Source of the DNA: Mustelus asterias
Taxonomy: Eukaryota
Assembly (NCBI RefSeq): GCF_964213995.1
Contig: NC_135806.1
Coordinates: forward strand, 139,810,001 to 139,874,000
DNA length: 64,000 nucleotides
Direction of reading: 5' to 3'
Positions 61,645-64,000 of this stretch are shown here, piece by piece; the first letter of the stretch is position 1; every line of letters starts with the position of its first letter. The translations under genes and the position numbers were made by a program. The notes beneath the pieces are model-generated. The model made no database searches and was not told the DNA's origin. It saw only the letters and a program-made list of their open reading frames with translations.

Positions 61645-64000
61645 CAACAAAGAACAAAGATGAATACAGCACAGGAACAGACCCTTCGGCCCTCCAAGCC
61701 TGCGCCGTTCATGTGCCCAACTAGACCATTCTTTTGTATCCCTCTATTCCCAGTTTGTTCATGTGGCTATCTAGATAAGTCTTAAACGATCCCAGCGTGT
61801 CCACCTCAATCACCTTGCTTGGCAGTGCATTCCAGGCTCCCACCACCCTCTGTGTAAAATACATCCCCCTGACATCTGTGTTGAACCTTGCCCCCCTCAG
61901 CTTGAACCCGTGACCCCTTGTGTTCGTCACCTCCGACCTGGGAAAAAGCTTCCCACTGTTCACCCTATCTATGCCCTTCATAATTTTATACACCTCTATT
62001 AGGTCGCTCCTCATCCTCCGTCTTTCCAGGGAGAACAACCACAGTTTACCCAATCTCTCCTCATAGCTAAGACCCTCCATACCAGGCAACATCCTGGTAA
62101 ACCATCTCTGTACTCTCTCCAAAGCCTCCACGTCCTTCTGGTAGTGTGGCGACCAGAACTGGATGCAGTATTCCAAATGTGGCTGAACCATCATTCTATA
62201 CAGCTGCAACATCATATGCCAACTTTTATATTCTATGCCCCGTCCAATAAAGGCAAGCATGCCATATGCCTTCTTCACCACCCTCTCCACCTGTGCTGCC
62301 ACCTTTAAGGATCTGTGGACTTGTACACCCAGGTCCCTCTGTGTGTCTATACTCCTGATGGTTCTGCCATTTATTGTATAGCTCCCCCTTACATTAGATC
62401 TACCAAAATGCATCACTTCGCATTTATCTGGATTAAATTCCATCTGCCATTTCTTCGCCCAATGTTCCAGCCTATCTATATCCTGCTGTATTCTCTGACA
62501 ATGTTCATCACTATCCGCAACTCCAGCAATCTTCGTGTCGTCCGCAAACTTACTGATCACACCAGTTACATCTTCCTCCAAATCATTTATATATATCACA
62601 AACAGCAGAGGTCCCAGTACAGAGCCCTGCGGAACACCACTAGTCACAGACCTCCAACCGGAAAAAGACCCCTCCACTGCTACCCTCTGTCTTCTATGGC
62701 TAAGCCAGTTCTCCACCCATCTAGCTAGCTCACCTTTTATCCCGTGAGAGTTAACCTTTTGCACCAGCCTGCCATGAGGGACCTTGTCAAACGCTTTACT
62801 AAAATCCATACAGACGACATCCACGGCCCTTCCCTCGTCAATCATTTTTGTCACCTCCTCAAAAAACTCAACCAAATTTGTGAGGTATGACCTCCCTCGT
62901 ACAAAACCATGCTATCGCTAACTCAGTTCTAAATGCGCATATATCCTATCTCTAAGAATCTTCTCCAACAACTTCCCTACCATGGACTTCAAGCTCACCA
63001 GCCTATAATTACCCGGGTTATCCTTGCTACCCTTCTTAAATAACGGCACCACATTTGCTATCCTCCAATCCTCTGGGACCTCACCTGTGTCCAGTGAAGC
63101 GACAAAGATTTCTGTTCGAAGCCGAGCAATTTCATCTCTTGCCTCCCTGAGGAGTCTAGGATAGATGCCATCTGGCCCTGGGGATTTGTCTGTCTTAATG
63201 TTTCCTAAAAAACCTAACACTTCCTCCCTTGTAATTAAGATTTTTTCGAACAGGTCAACACATCTCTCTAAGACACTACCAGTCAACATGTCCCTCTCCT
63301 TTGTGAATACTGATGCAAAGTATTCATTTAGGATCTCACCTACTTCCTTTGGTTCTAAGCATAATTCCCCTCCTTTGTCCCTGAGAGGTCCGATTCTTTC
63401 CCTAACGACCCTCTTGTTCCTAACGTATGTATAAAATGCCTTAGGATTCTCCTTAATCCTGTCTGCCAAGGACATTTCGTGACCCCTTTTTGCCCTTCTA
63501 AGTCCCTGTTTGAGTTCTTTTCTACTTTCTCTGTATTCCTCCAGTGCTCCATCTGTTTTTAGCTGCCTGGACCTCATGTATGCCTCTTTTTTCTTTTTGA
63601 TTAGACCCACAATTTCACTGGTTATCCATGGCTCTCGAATCCTACCTTTCCTATCCTTCCTCTTTACAGGCACATGCCTTTCCTGCAGTCCTATCAACTG
63701 CTTTTTAAAAGACTCCCACATGCCAGATGTGGATTTACCCTCGAACAGCCTCTCCCAATCAACAGCCACCAAATCCTGCCTAATCCGGCTGTAGTTAGCC
63801 TTCCCCCAATTCAGCACCTTACCCATAGGACAACACTCATCTTTTTCCATTACTATCCTAAAGTTTACAGAATTGTGGTCACTATTTGCCACATGTTCCC
63901 TTACTGCAACTTTGATGACCTGACCGGGCTCATTCCCTAGTACTCGGTCCAGTATAGCCCCCTCTCTTGTTGGACTGTCAACATATTGTTCCAAAGAACC
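61645..64000 (-). mobile_element. Young CR1 running off the window end
   Basis: ORFs 62918-63994 and 61721-62875 with FADD; tail at 61645. Confidence 0.93.

Overview
Eukaryotic, repeat-dense vertebrate DNA, almost certainly a cartilaginous fish (shark): HE1-type V-SINEs, a Deu-domain SINE and many CR1/HER1-like LINEs dominate. Most of the window is nested transposon debris: CR1, Rex1/Babar, L2-group, RTE, Penelope, at least five Gypsy pieces, one Ty1/copia remnant and G-rich MITE-like elements. Buried in it is one host gene on the + strand. It has a signal-peptide exon (22338-22398) and two in-frame, phase-1 Ig V-set exons (23681-24064, 37705-38052). Both V exons resemble the Siglec-15 V domain, and both lack the arginine that binds sialic acid. 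No transmembrane or cytoplasmic exon was found in the window. Other notable signals: a Gypsy element with no tRNA primer site, an 11-nt self-complementary sequence at that position and a YLDN RT motif; several short, apparently locally templated inverted duplications; and decayed hammerhead-ribozyme motifs in Penelope-type tails. Family calls come from motif recognition by eye, and repeat boundaries are approximate.
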